64,000 nucleotides of DNA from Octopus bimaculoides (taxonomy: Eukaryota): positions 8,195,924-8,259,923 of the forward strand of contig NC_069002.1 of the NCBI RefSeq assembly GCF_001194135.2, written 5' to 3'. The notes beneath the pieces were generated by a model that saw only the letters and a program-made list of their open reading frames with translations, was not told where the DNA came from and did not search any database. Both the position numbers and the translations under genes were made by a program. Positions 50,501 through 64,000 of the stretch are shown one piece after another. How positions within the stretch are numbered: position 1 is the first letter of the stretch; every line of letters begins with the position of its first letter.

Positions 50501-51138
50501 TTCACTATATTCCCTCTTTAAAACATGCCGTATGAAAGAGATTTATAATGTAACCAGCCTAAATGGTATAATACTATGTGAAGTAATCTTCCTCCGAATT
50601 TATAAATCTCTTGTATAACTACCACTTCAAAGCAACCATTACCAGCAGGGTTATCTTTAGGAATACGGAGAAGGTTAGAGTTACCTTCTAGTAACTATCT
50701 AAACACACACAAAGTTACAATATCTCCAGATGATTTGACATGCCGTGAACAATGAAAAATATTTCAAGGGCCATCTACAAGTGCCTTCTTGTTCAATCCC
50801 GTCCATCATAGTTTTCTATTGTTGCCTAGGAATGTCTCACGAGAAACGCTGAGTAGCTTTGAATTCCTAAGTTAAATATAAACTACAACATATATTATTT
50901 ATACGTTCCCGGTTCGGTGTTCGGGGCGATTACAGCCCCTATCAGAGTTTATGTTGTGTGCTTTATAAAAGCGTTGGAGAATTTAGCTCTTATTTCTAGC
51001 AATGTAGCTGTCTTGACACCCTTAGTCACGCTTAGCTGAGGACTATAATTCTCCTTATATATATATATATATATTAGAGTTTAGTATAAGAATGAAAGAA
51101 TAGGATATATTTATACACACACATACACACACGCACAG

Positions 51139-51140
<2 letters not shown>

Positions 51141-51190
<50 letters not shown>

Positions 51191-51240
51191 GTAGTAGTAG
51201 TAGTAGTAGTAGTAATAGTAGCGGGTCGTGGTAGTAATAA

Positions 51241-51306
<66 letters not shown>

Positions 51307-51345
51307 TGGTATTGGTGGTGGTGGTGGTGGTGGTGGTGGTGGTAA
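51141..51345. repeat. Compound (TAT)n-(TAG)n-(TGG)n microsatellite
   Basis: Direct inspection. Confidence 0.95.
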
Positions 51346-53749
51346 GCTTGATTAACCAGGTTTTGCTGAATTGTGAAAAATTGTGAAACATCTACTAACG
51401 AGACATGGATATATCGTTAGTTCTGTGTAACGATGTGTGAAGAACGTGAGTGTATGTGTACGTGTGTATGTGTGTATGTGTGTGTGTATGTGTATGTTTA
51501 TGCATTCGTGTGTGTATATATGTAAGTATTTGTTTGCGTATGAGTGTATATGTGTATCTATATGTCTGTGCGAGAACATGTGTGCTTTAATGTTTGTATG
51601 TATGAGTACATAGGCAGGTTGAATGGCAAAAAGAAAATATATCACTGAAAATATATTATCTTCGGTTGTTCTCCCTGAATCTTACCAATATCTATTCCTC
51701 AGATGCTCAGGTAGGCTTTGGGACTGACAAAATCTACAGAGACATCTAAACGACGACAGCAGTGAACAGTTGTGGTCATTGTTTGTGAGACACTTCTTTC
51801 TGTAGCTTGGTTTTTTGAAGGAAATTTAACCTTGGTCAAGTGCTATCAACTTATTCTATTGTGAAGATTATCTCCATTGCCTTTCTTTGGATGAAAAGGA
51901 TAGGCACTCTTCGTCTGCTGTGTCGAAAATGATTATGTTGAATGAGATTGAAAATGCTGAAGAAAAACACCTTTCTCTTTGGTCAAGCCCTCATCAACTT
52001 TAATGCCGCTAAGCATTTTTTCCGCCATGCCAACAGTTCTGCCAGCTCACCAACTTAAAGAAAACATTAATATTATTATTCGTTTCAAATTTTGGCATAA
52101 GGCCCCTAATTGCGGTGAGGGGGTAAGTGCTCAACGGGTACTTATTTTATCGACCCCCGAAAGGATAAAGGGAAAGTCGACCGAGACGAAATAATTTGAG
52201 CTCAGAACGTAAAGACGGACGAAATGCTGCTAAGCATTTTGTCCGGCGTGCCAACAGTTCTGCCAGAAAGCATTAATATTGCTATTAGTTTTAAGCTGGC
52301 GAGTAGGCAGAATTGTTAGCAGACCAGACAAAATGCTTTACGGCATTTCGTCCGGTTTTACGATCTAATGGCACCGTGGTCGAATTTACCGTTTATCATT
52401 TCAAATGCCGACTAATTCGATTTCGCCTTTCATCCTGTCGCAGTTGATAAAATAAGCACCAGTTTAAGTCTGGGTCGATGTAATCAACTTGCCCTTCCCC
52501 TCAAAATTACTGGCCCTGTGTTTTATTTAGAAAGAGTCTCACTTCTTTTCTCAAGATCATTATCCTCATCATCAATACCCTCATCATCATCATCATCATC
52601 ATCATCACCGCCATCATCATTATAATTTATTTTTTCACTGTTATTTCTATTTTCTCTCAGTCAAAGTTTATCGAAAAATTTACTTTCATCTTCATTTGTC
52701 TTCCATATTCTCACACTCTAATTCATTCTCTACACCTGCTGCATAAAAATTGCTTTACTTTCAGACTAAGAAAAAAAAGAACTTTAATATTCATGGTATA
52801 AATATAATACGAAATCAAAAAGAACAAAACAACAGCCCCACAACAGAACCAGTGAGAAATGGAATACGAAATTATTAAATTGTTTTACACATCATAGTAT
52901 TCGACTGGACGAAACACATTCGGCTGTCTGTAATGCATAAGGTGTTGTATTAGTTCAAAGCAGCTGTAACACATTTGGTGTTCTTTTAATATGTAACTGG
53001 GTAATTAGGCGGTGAGATGGCAGAGTCGTTAGCATGCTTAGTGGACATTTTGTTCGCTTTTTACGATCTGAGTTCAAATCCCATTGAGGTCGACTTTACC
53101 TTTTATCATTTCCGTGGTCAATAAAATTATTACTAGTTTAGCACTGGAGTCGATGTAATCGACTTTCGCCCCTCCCTTAAAATGGCTGGCCTTGTGCCAA
53201 AATTTGAAACCTTTAAGGCAGCGAGCTGGCAGAATCTTTAGCACTCCAGGAAAAATATTTAGCAGTTTTCCCGCCCGTTCTGAGTTCAACTGCTGCCACG
53301 ATCGACCTTGCCATTCGTCCTCTCGGCATCGATAAAATAAGTACCCGTTGAGCACTGGTAAAAGAAGTGTTAGGTAAGCTTACCTTCTCGAGTCATACTG
53401 ACTCATAAAGGTCGTATATATATATATANNNNNNNNNNNNNNNNNNNNNNNNNNNNNNNNNNNNNNNNNNNNNNNNNNNNNNNNNNNNNNNNNNNNNNNN
53501 NNNNNNNNNNNNNNNNNNNNNNNNNNNNNNNNNNNNNNNNNNNNNNNNNNNNNNNNNNNNNNNNNNNNNNNNNNNNNNNNNNNNNNNNNNNNNNNNNNNN
53601 NNNNNNNNNNNNNNNNNNNNNNNNNNNNNNNNNNNNNNNNNNNNNNNNNNNNNNNNNNNNNNNNNNNNNNNNNNNNNNNNNNNNNNNNNNNNNNNNNNNN
53701 NNNNNNNNNNNNNNNNNNNNNNNNNNNNGTATGTATGTATGTATGTATG

Positions 53750-53780
<31 letters not shown>

Positions 53781-54813
53781 GTATGTATTGACTGTAGGAC
53801 ACACCAGCAGTTTCGATTATATCCACGTCAGATAGTTGAAAAGGAATATCGACTACAGCGAAACTTTTTATCACAATACAAACATAAGGGCCAAATCTCG
53901 CATTTGGTTAGGTTTTATGGAAGAATCCGCAAGTTTGGTAACAAGAAAAAAAAAAGAGAAGAAAATAATAATAAATTGTGAAGTCGGAGAGAATGATTTA
54001 AAAAAAAAAGGATCTGACTATAGAAAGTTGTTCAAGAATTGACGTTGATGAGACTTTATGCGTGGAATAAAAGAAATGAGGAGATTAGTTGTCATCAGGG
54101 AATGCCTATAAAGTGAAGAATGGTAAGTAAGGAATTACTGTAAAAATTGCTACCGTGTTGGAACATGTAAAGAATACAGGAATAATTCTGAAAGAACGAT
54201 GTATTGCACTTGAATAATTCAAAAGAAGAAACCTTTGAGAGAACAAAACAGCTACATACACAAAAAAAGACAATCGATACAATACACATACGAGTTCACA
54301 CGTACGCATGCGCAAGTGCGAACTTTTGTGCTTTGCGTGTGCACATACGCGTGTGGATGGTGTGTATGTGTGTGTATGTGTATGTCTATATATATATATT
54401 TATATATATATGTATGTATATGTATATATATATGTGTATATATANNNNNNNNNNNNNNNNNNNNNNNNNNNNNNNNNNNNNNNNNNNNNNNNNNNNNNNN
54501 NNNNNNNNNNNNNNNNNNNNNNNNNNNNNNNNNNNNNNNNNNNNNNNNNNNNNNNNNNNNNNNNNNNNNNNNNNNNNNNNNNNNNNNNNNNNNNNNNNNN
54601 NNNNNNNNNNNNNNNNNNNNNNNNNNNNNNNNNNATATATATATATATATACACACACACACATGGTTGTATGCGAACATTCAAATGGACACATAAATAC
54701 GTTTGTATGTGTGTGTGTATATATATATGTGTGTTTGTGTATGTGTGTGTATGTGTGTACACACACACATATATGCATACCCCTCTACACACACATACGC
54801 ACACACATACACA

Positions 54814-54885
<72 letters not shown>

Positions 54886-55339
54886 CTGAAAGATAGAAAG
54901 AAAGTAAGGAGATGGGGAGAAAGTGGGAGACAGTGGGACATTGAGAGAGACAGAGAGGATAAGGAGAGAGAGGGGTGAAAGAGAGAGAGTGAGAGAAAGA
55001 GGGTGACCCAGAGTGTGAGGCCATGAGAAAAGGTGAGAAAGATGGCGAGAGAGAAAGATGGCTGGAGAGAGAGGGAGAAAACGAGAGAGGGAGAGAGATT
55101 ATAGTGAGATACACGTTTGGTGAGACACAGAGAGAAAGAAAGAAAGAAAGAGAAAGAAAGAAAGGTGAGAAAGCTTGTGTGTCTCAAGAAAAAAAAAGAT
55201 GGAAGAAAAGGAGAAAAAAATGCATGGACAGATTATTTTAGTGAGATGGATGACTGAATAGATGTAGTTAAATTGTGGAATTGAATAGGAAAATTGGACT
55301 TTAAAAGATTACTTTTACAGTCTGAAATAACATTATTTG

Positions 55340-55500
55340 GAGACGGTATGACATGATGTGTGGGAACTGAACTGATTTGGTAAGTGAATGAATTCAGTAG
55401 ATTTCTGCAGAACGAATACAGAAGACATGATAATATAGCCTGGATTCTGCACTAGGAACTGTACGAAGTGAAAACAATTTACCAATGGCAGAAAAATGTC
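55340..55500 (+). mobile_element. Degenerate R4/Dong-like LINE fragment (zinc-knuckle region)
   Basis: MCG..LVSE..QNEYRRHDNIAWILH*EL resembles the RLE LINE motif CxxC..H..C..EYKRRHDNVAxxxHWEL. Confidence 0.55.
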
Positions 55501-55912
55501 CTGATCAGTTTTGTAAAATAGTCTACTCTGCAAGAGAGACACACTCGTTGAATTGAAAGAACATCGGGAAAGATGTATCGCTGCCCTTATTTACGTTCCT
55601 TTAATTTACATCTGAGTTCAAATCCTTCCTGGAATTTTGAAAATACTCTTTAAGTCCATCATTTTTCTTTTATATTGAACATGTACATCAGGTTATAACT
55701 GTTGAATTAAACTGAATATAACTCATAAATAAGGCGCAGGTGTGGGTGTGGGGTAAGAAGTCCCCCTCCCATCAGCCACATGGTTCTGGGTTCAGTCTTA
55801 TTGCTTACGTGCCACCTTGGGCAAGTGTTTTCTACTATTGCCTTGGGCCGATTAAAGCCTTGTGAGTGGATTTGGTAGACAGAAACTGAAAGAAATCAGT
55901 CGTATATATTTA

Positions 55913-55948
<36 letters not shown>

Positions 55949-58900
55949 GAAGTGTTACATAATTCCAGCATATCAGGATTTCAAAAAGAATGCAAAGGGG
56001 CCGTCGTAGATCCTGTCTTTTATAGTTTAGCAACTATTCCCCATAGCTTATTTATCCTTCATGCACGAAAAGAACATTCTGCAAATGAAGCATAATTTTC
56101 CTACGACCTGTTTATTGAGGGTCTCAATGCACCTTTATCATCGCACCGTTTAGAACATATAATTACTTTCGTGACGGCACGAAAATTTATATAGCAACTA
56201 GATATCACAAAGGATACCCAAGTAAATGCTGCAAAATTTATAACCATCAGAAGCTAACCGAAAACGCGCAATGGTGTGTCGATTTGACAACGTTGTGGAA
56301 CATATATATATATATATGTATATATAGTGTCTAGTGAGGGTCATTATGCCAATATTATTAACACAGGCACTGGTTCAATTCCACTCTGTTATTATTAGTC
56401 AATAGGTTAACTATCCAACTAACTAATCAGTAAGTCATTTGATTACTAAATACCCAACGTACTAAACAGTGAAACATTTGATTTGGTTTTGTCTGTCAAA
56501 GCTCTTTCGTTAATATTTGCAAACTTTTCAATGACTACCGATTAGTTAGTTGGGTATTTAACTAGTTGACTAAGGAGTGGAATTGAACCTGTGCGTGTGT
56601 TAACAATATTGGCAAACTGACTCTCCCTAGACAACGAAATTTGCTTCAACACGCAAATTCACATACAGTATCTTGTAAAGCAGATAGAAAAACGTAATGT
56701 GTGTTTCTTTGTGTTTGTCTTTGTCTCCCCCCATCATCACTTGACAACCGGAATTGGTGTGTTTACGTTCCCGTAACTTAGCGGTTCGAAAAAAGAGTCC
56801 GATAGAATAATTACTAAGCTTAAGAAATAAGTTATGGGGTAGATTTGTTCGACTAAAAACCTTTCGAGGCAATTCTCCAGCATGGCCGTAGGCAAATGCC
56901 TGAAACAAGTAAAAGAATAAAATAAAATAATATACAAATGATGCGGTTCTGACGGCAGCGTCGGAGAGAATAGGATTTGAGTGTCTTGAGACAATCCCAA
57001 TAATCCTATTTCCACACAATGCAAAACATCGCGAGAAACTGAAGAATTTTTCCAAATGGTTTCACAACAACTTTTTTTTTTCTCTCCCGCTTCAAACCGG
57101 AATCTATAAATATTTTGTACATTTCCAATTCTTGTCTCTTGAAGTGATATCAAGAGCACCATATAAAACCATTGAAAAATTTGGAGGTAAATTCGCTCAA
57201 ATGTCTTTTACCAGTTGTTCTACAGCATTGGCAGGCTGATACACCGTTGCGCTTTTTCGATTAGCTTATGTCATTTATTTCTTTTTATTATCGATAAATT
57301 TCGATACTTATATTTCATTTGGTCCAGAGAGACCAAAGTGGACAATAGTATTCAACGTGAGACCGACTAAACGTAGAGAAGAAAAGAATTATGTTTTTAG
57401 AACCCCGAGAATGGAAAGTTCAAAGAATCTAAGAGCACGCTCTGCAAAGAATATAGGCTCCATTACAAAATGCTTAGCGGCATTTCATCTGTCTTGAGTT
57501 CAAATTCCCTCGAGGTCGACCTTACCTTTTATCCCTTCGGGGTCGATAAAAGTACCAGTTGAGCACTGGAGTCGATCTAATCGACGTATCTCTCCCCCAA
57601 AATTGCTGGCCCTGTGCAAAAACTTGAAAGTAATATAAGTTCGATGTTGATATGTGCACTTTAGCTAAGACCGTTGACTACATTTTATTCCCAAGTCTAT
57701 GATATTATTTGACTCTGCGACTTCTCCCGCAAGAACTGATTAAGGTTGTTTAAGTATATCTTCATTTCTAAGGTAAATAACCTCGGATTTTCCCTCGTTC
57801 AGGGTGAACTCTATTGTCACCCATATTCTCCTCTGCTAACTTTCTATGTTTAAGAACCACCTGCAATGATTTCCGTTTTAATACGATGACATTTGCAACA
57901 GAATTTATGGAAATAATAAAGTACATCCCGAATGACTCATGCTTCTCATGAGTTAATACCATCGATCGCATGTTGAATTCTGCGTTTTAGCTTTCCACAG
58001 ACTCCAATGTTGGACAGTCTCTTTCAGTCGCATACATATGTTTTGTGTGATATCTATTTTTGGTAGGAACAAAGCAGAAACAGAGAGTCAAAAAGTCCGG
58101 CAGACACATACAGAAAGAACCAGACACGCATACAATTATACACAAGCAATCAATATTTGTTCTATTAACGGAAATTTTGTAATAGATAGTAACAAGTTAT
58201 TTTGTTATTAAAAAGATTTTGTCATTAATGACAGTTATCAAGTGCTATGTTTATCACAATTTACAACTATATAGAGAATCAATCACAAGTATTTCAGTTC
58301 CGGACATAGAAACATCATTTCCGGGATTACATTTTTAACATCTCAACATTTTAATCGTTCATTTACTCCCATGATANNNNNNNNNNNNNNNNNNNNNNNN
58401 NNNNNNNNNNNNNNNNNNNNNNNNNNNNNNNNNNNNNNNNNNNNNNNNNNNNNNNNNNNNNNNNNNNNNNNNNNNNNNNNNNNNNNNNNNNNNNNNNNNN
58501 NNNNNNNNNNNNNNNNNNNNNNNNNNNNNNNNNNNNNNNNNNNNNNNNNNNNNNNNNNNNNNNNNNNNNNNNNNNNNNNNNNNNNNNNNNNNNNNNNNNN
58601 NNNNNNNNNNNNNNNNNNNNNNNNNNNNNNNNNNNNNNNNNNNNNNNNNNNNNNNNNNNNNNNNNNNNNNNNNNNNNNNNNNNNNNNNNNNNNNNNNNNN
58701 NNNNNNNNNNNNNNNNNNNNNNNNNNNNNNNNNNNNNNNNNNNNNNNNNNNNNNNNNNNNNNNNNNNNNNNNNNNNNNNNNNNNNNNNNNNNNNNNNNNN
58801 NNNNNNNNNNNNNNNNNNNNNNNNNNNNNNNNNNNNNNNNNNNNNNNNNNNNNNNNNNNNNNNNNAATAATATGTATGTATGTATGTAGGTATCTATCTA

Positions 58901-59629
58901 TTTGTCTGTCTATCTCTCTCTTTCTCTCTCTCTCTCTCTATATATATGTGTGTGTATAGACACAAATATGTGTATACATACACGCACATTTATGTATCTA
59001 TGTATGTATTTATGTATGTATTTATCAATCTCTCTCTCCACACACACACACACGCGCACACAAGTGTGTTTGTATGTATGCACATGTTATNNNNNNNNNN
59101 CAAGTGTGTTTGTATGTATGCACATGTTATATTCCCTCGAGGGCGCTGAATGACAAGTTAGAGCCAATCAAAACATTTTGCTGAACTTATTTACGTTCCT
59201 TTATATTCCAAGTCCAAATTTTTGCTAACATCGACTTTGCTTTTTAGCCATCTAAGTATCAATTAAAAAATCAATCAATCAAGCAATCAATCAGTCAATC
59301 AATAATTCAATTCATCGATATATAACACTTCTTCATTCTAGAACATCACTAAATAACATTTCTTTTGTAAACTGTTCAATGGAATTTGTTTACATCAACT
59401 TTTTAATCGATTCCTCAAAAACTTATTTTCGTCTTTACACAAAACAAACAGTAATAACAATAATATTAACAAGAACAACATCAAGAACAACAACAGCAAC
59501 AAAAACAAAAACATCAACAGCAACAACTAGTACAAGAACAAGTATAGCAACAACAACTGCTACAACGACGACGATGACGACGACGCTGATGATGATGATG
59601 ATGGTGATGATAATAATAACAATAATAGT

Positions 59630-59846
59630 CCTTTCTACTATACGCACAAAGCCTGTAATTTGGTGGGAGGGGAGTAGTAGTCGATTGTATCGACCCTATT
59701 GTTTCACTGGTATTCAATTTATCGACCCCCGAAAGGATGAAAGGCAAAGTCGATCTCGGCAGAATTTGAACTCGGAGCGTAGCGACAGACGAAATACCGC
59801 TAAGCATTTCGCCCGGCGTGCTAACGATTCTGCCAGCTCGCCACCT
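59630..59846 (-). mobile_element. SINE family 2, well-preserved full copy
   Basis: Reverse complement of the family-2 consensus with few substitutions. Confidence 0.88.
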
Positions 59847-61596
59847 TAATCAGACATGATGATAATGATGATGATGATGATGATGATGATTATGTTGATT
59901 TCGTTTATTTGCTACAAGGGCGAAGGACGAGAGGCGCAACACAAAGACAGACATAAAGTGGAAGGATTTACATACAATGAAATGATGAAGAAAAGGAAAG
60001 TTCACTATACACAGTATACACTGAAAAAGCAAGGGAAAAGGAAGATGTGGGGTCAGTCTGTTGCCAACATCCTCTGAGTGGCGGATCAAGTAAGCTGTAG
60101 ATCCTAATGCGTAGACACGGTCTTCGGTTAGGACTCCCAAAGGAGTCGATAAAATAAGTACTAGTTGACTACTGGGGTCGATGTAATCGACTTTACTGTT
60201 CCCCCCAAATTGCTGGCTTTGTGCCAGAATTTGAAACCAAAATTAAAATTCTTCTTGTGTTTAAATGAGACAGCATATTCATGAGGAAGTTTTGGTAAAA
60301 GATGCAGATCTTTGGGTGAAATAAAACGTTACCTTCGTTTTGCAGCTCAGAAACGAGTAACACACACACACACACAAACACGCGATCATTATTATACACA
60401 CATCATCGTTACACATACACAAACACAGTGGCAGTTTTTCGACCTTTACGTTCTGAGTTCAAATTCCACTGTGGTTGACTTTATCTTTCAAGCTTTCATA
60501 GAGTGACAAAATAAATACCAGTCGTGCGCTGGGGTGGATATAATTGAATAGTCACCCCACTCCACAAAGTTTCAGGCCTTTCTACCTATAATAGAAAAAA
60601 ACCCTTAAATTTACAAGTTTTTCTGTCTTGGTTCTATCACGGAGTGACTGGAAAAAAAACAAAGAAGCTGAGAATGGGAAAGTCTTAAGAACTTTTGCAG
60701 TCTGCTGAAATGGTAAATGGTAGTAGTAGGAGTGGTGGGGCGGGAAGAGTAGAGGAGACTATAGTTGTATTGTTTGTCAGAGGGAGGATCTTCGCTTCGG
60801 TCAGTTGGTTCAGAAGAAGCATTTGAAACAAGAAAGGATGTTTCGGTATACGTGTCAGTGTGTGTGTTTGTGTGACTGTGTGCATTATATATTTATATAT
60901 ATGTGCGTTTGTGTGTATGTATGTTTATGTACTTGTTTGTATGAGTTTATTTTTTGTCTCTGTGTGTGTATGTGTGGGTGTGTGTGTGTGTGTATGTTTG
61001 TATGTGTGTTTATATATGTGAGTATATGTATATGTGTATGTGCGTGTTCGCTCGCTTGTGTGTGTGTGTATGTGTTTGCTCCCTTGTGCATGTGTGTGTG
61101 TGTCTGAGTGTGTGTATGTGTGTGCGCATATGTTTGTATGTGTATCTATATGTGTACGTATATGTGTATGTATATGTGTGTGTTCGCTCTCTTGTGTGTG
61201 TATGTTCGCTCGCTTGTGTATGAATATTGTGTGTATGAGTGTGTGCATATGTGTATCTGTGTGCGTTGAATATTTAGAGATGGTAAACTAAAGTTGAAAG
61301 ACACAGAAGTTAAATTTTAAGAAGAATTAGCCATAACAAGCGGGTGGCTTAAGCCATATTACGTGATGTTACTAAGTTCAAAGGAGAAGAGAGAGAGAGA
61401 GAGAGAAAAGAGAATATGTTGTGTTTCATGCTTAAGGAATTAAGAAGTTTTAATATATTTGTGTGAAGTCCATCGTTATATGCATAAATACTAACACATT
61501 CACGTATACACACAAACACGCACACATATATGTATACATACACGCACACATATAGATACACGAACACATATACGTGCATACAAATATACCACCGAT

Positions 61597-61662
<66 letters not shown>

Positions 61663-62836
61663 TTCACACGTGTGCACTCTGCCTCTTAAACTAAAAACAA
61701 CAGCAGATGGCAGCAGCGGCGGTCACCAGTCAGATTTCACACACACACACAAACACCGGTGTCTCTGTGGTAACTTGAGCTACTACAAATAGCCAAATCT
61801 CTCTTAAAACACAACCTTTCATCAAAAGAAAGACAGATTTGCTGTATTTCAGGAAGAAAAAAAAGTATGCGATGGGTCAGCTACATGAGAGGCAACTCTG
61901 GGTTAAGTAAAACACAGCCAAACATACTTCACATTAAAAGATTATCTGCTAAATAATACTAATAAAGTTGACGGTACATCTTCGAAGTTCCATTTCCTGG
62001 TAAAACTCCACATATTTTAAACATTTTCTCATTATGCTCTATGTAAGACAAAGATTGTTCAGGCAGAGTTGCTTAACTTAGCTAAAGAGCTCAAAATTGT
62101 GCGATCCGACCTAGTTTTCGAGGTTAATTTTGTTGTAAAAAACAGTTGTTGTGCAAAAAAACATACTTTATTCGGTAGCCGAAAAATTAATGAATCTTTT
62201 GATACCTCATGCGTCAAAATCAACAACTCAGTTTTCGAATCTATAAGGAACACGCCCCCCCCCACACACACACTCCACAAACTTTCTTTTATGTATATTA
62301 AGATGGACGCTCGTCCGCTAGAGATAGCAGCGGTTCATCTTCCTGCCAGAGATTTATNNNNNNNNNNNNNNNNNNNNNNNNNNNNNNNNNNNNNNNNNNN
62401 NNNNNNNNNNNNNNNNNNNNNNNNNNNNNNNNNNNNNNNNNNNNNNNNNNNNNNNNNNNNNNNNNNNNNNNNNNNNNNNNNNNNNNNNNNNNNNNNNNNN
62501 NNNNNNNNNNNNNNNNNNNNNNNNNNTATATATATATATATATATATATGTAGTATACATATATATATACATATATGTATGTATATGTAAATGTATGTAT
62601 ATATGAGTGCATATGCATATGTATATGTGTGTATATATATATATATAGATATATATATGTGTGTGTATGTGTGTGTGTGTGCTTGTGTGTCCGTCTGTAC
62701 ACGTATGAATATGGCAATGTAATGTAATATCTGTGTAACATTCAAAATGTAAAATAAAATTTGGAGGAAACTCACAAATTACATCAGGCACCCACACGTA
62801 AACAAATACACGTGACATGTATGCATACACAAGTAC

Positions 62837-62889
<53 letters not shown>

Positions 62890-63302
62890 TGTTACACATG
62901 CACAGATGTCGTATAGACATATATATACGTGGGCAGATAGGCACCTACAATCATATAATATTCATATTGAAAGACAAATGAAATTTATTGATATATTATT
63001 CCAAAAACAACAGCAGTTACTCAAGGCAGTTATAAATGTAGTAGTAGTAGTATTAGTAGTAGTAGCAGCTATGCCGTTGTTTAAGAAAATGTCTGTTTTA
63101 CCGCAGTAAATTTCTACATTACGTCGTAAAAATGGAATTATTTGAAAGAGTTGAAGCGCCTGGTTTTCTAATATTTTAGAGCATATGAAAGTATCAGATT
63201 AATAAAAAGCAACATGCAGTCGATAAATTAAATACCAGTGAAACACAAGAGTCATAGTATCGACTCGTCCTCTCCCCTAAAATTACTGCCCCTGTGGAAA
63301 AA

Positions 63303-63334
<32 letters not shown>

Positions 63335-63343
63335 GTTATTGTT

Positions 63344-63620
63344 ATTACTTCCGCCATAGCGAAGGCGGAAGTATTGTTTTCAGTCGTGTTTGTTTGTTTA
63401 TCCGTGGACAAGATATCTCAAGAACCGCTGGATAGATTCGGATGAAACTTTCAGGGATGTTTGGCCTCGTGACTGGCACCAACTGATTAGATTTTGGGAT
63501 CGATCCGGTACCAGACAAGGATTCTGGATTATTTTTCTGTTTCCTTTTTTTTTCTTCTTTATTCTTGAGAGCGGTCGAGTTAATTTTTAGTATTCTCGTT
63601 TGTGAGAGCAGTCGATAATA
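63344..63620 (+). mobile_element. Helentron-associated (HINE/DINE-1-like) non-autonomous element
   Basis: Inserted in an AT/TAT tract; 5' perfect hairpin ACTTCCGCC-atagcgaa-GGCGGAAGT, GTTT microsatellite, conserved core shared with 8227-8357. Confidence 0.6.
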
Positions 63621-64000
63621 TTTACAATAATGACTGCTTCTTCGTGTTGGAATTCATCCCCACATCTGAATAGGATCTAAAGGCTGAATTCAGACGGCAA
63701 TGAAAACTGGTTCTATTCCCGTAGCTGTGCATTGTTTAACACGTTTTCCATGTAAGTATGTACCTCATCTATTAACTACATTTCCCTGAATCCTACAATT
63801 TAAATTTTATTTAAATGAATAATTATTTCCTTATTCACTAGACACAAATACTATGTATTTTAAGAAGGAATATTTAAAAAAAAAAAACGAAATATTCAGT
63901 AATTTCGTAAGGGCATTTTTAGCCCAAGTAACTCAAACAGATTCGGATCGAGTTTAGAAATATTGGCCAAGCTCCGGTTTGTGGGAGAGACAGTAATAAT

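Noticed and set aside
35300-64000. A third MFSD11 copy or other host gene
   Set aside because: No MFSD11-like exons or recognisable spliced coding sequence found by eye; small exons of a large-intron gene or sequence inside gaps could have been missed.

Overview
AT-rich animal genomic DNA from a scaffold-level draft assembly, with many N gaps and dense (AT)n/(AC)n/(AAT)n/(GATA)n microsatellites. The repeat families suggest a coleoid cephalopod, probably Octopus (inference). The first 35 kb hold two paralogous multi-exon genes for a 12-TM UNC93-like MFS transporter (MFSD11), arranged as an inverted, tail-to-tail pair. Copy A (+ strand) has coding exons 2-13 at 704-12504, a probable terminal exon at 15925-16061, and exon 1 upstream of the window. 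Copy B (- strand) is complete, exons 1-13 at 35228-24289, 435 aa from the assumed start. I spliced both by hand: exon lengths and phases match except a 15-nt indel in exon 6. Copy A keeps the family motifs (WTAQG, GFGDS, EW). Copy B has changed them, has a GC donor, and stops right after the last TM helix. The rest (35.3-64 kb) shows no recognisable host gene. It contains several tRNA-derived SINE families, relics of RTE, R4/Dong, Penelope-like and APE-type LINEs, MITEs, a Helentron-associated-like element, palindromes, a hammerhead-like core and a 42-bp minisatellite with higher-order structure. Most supplied six-frame ORFs are microsatellite or gap artefacts.
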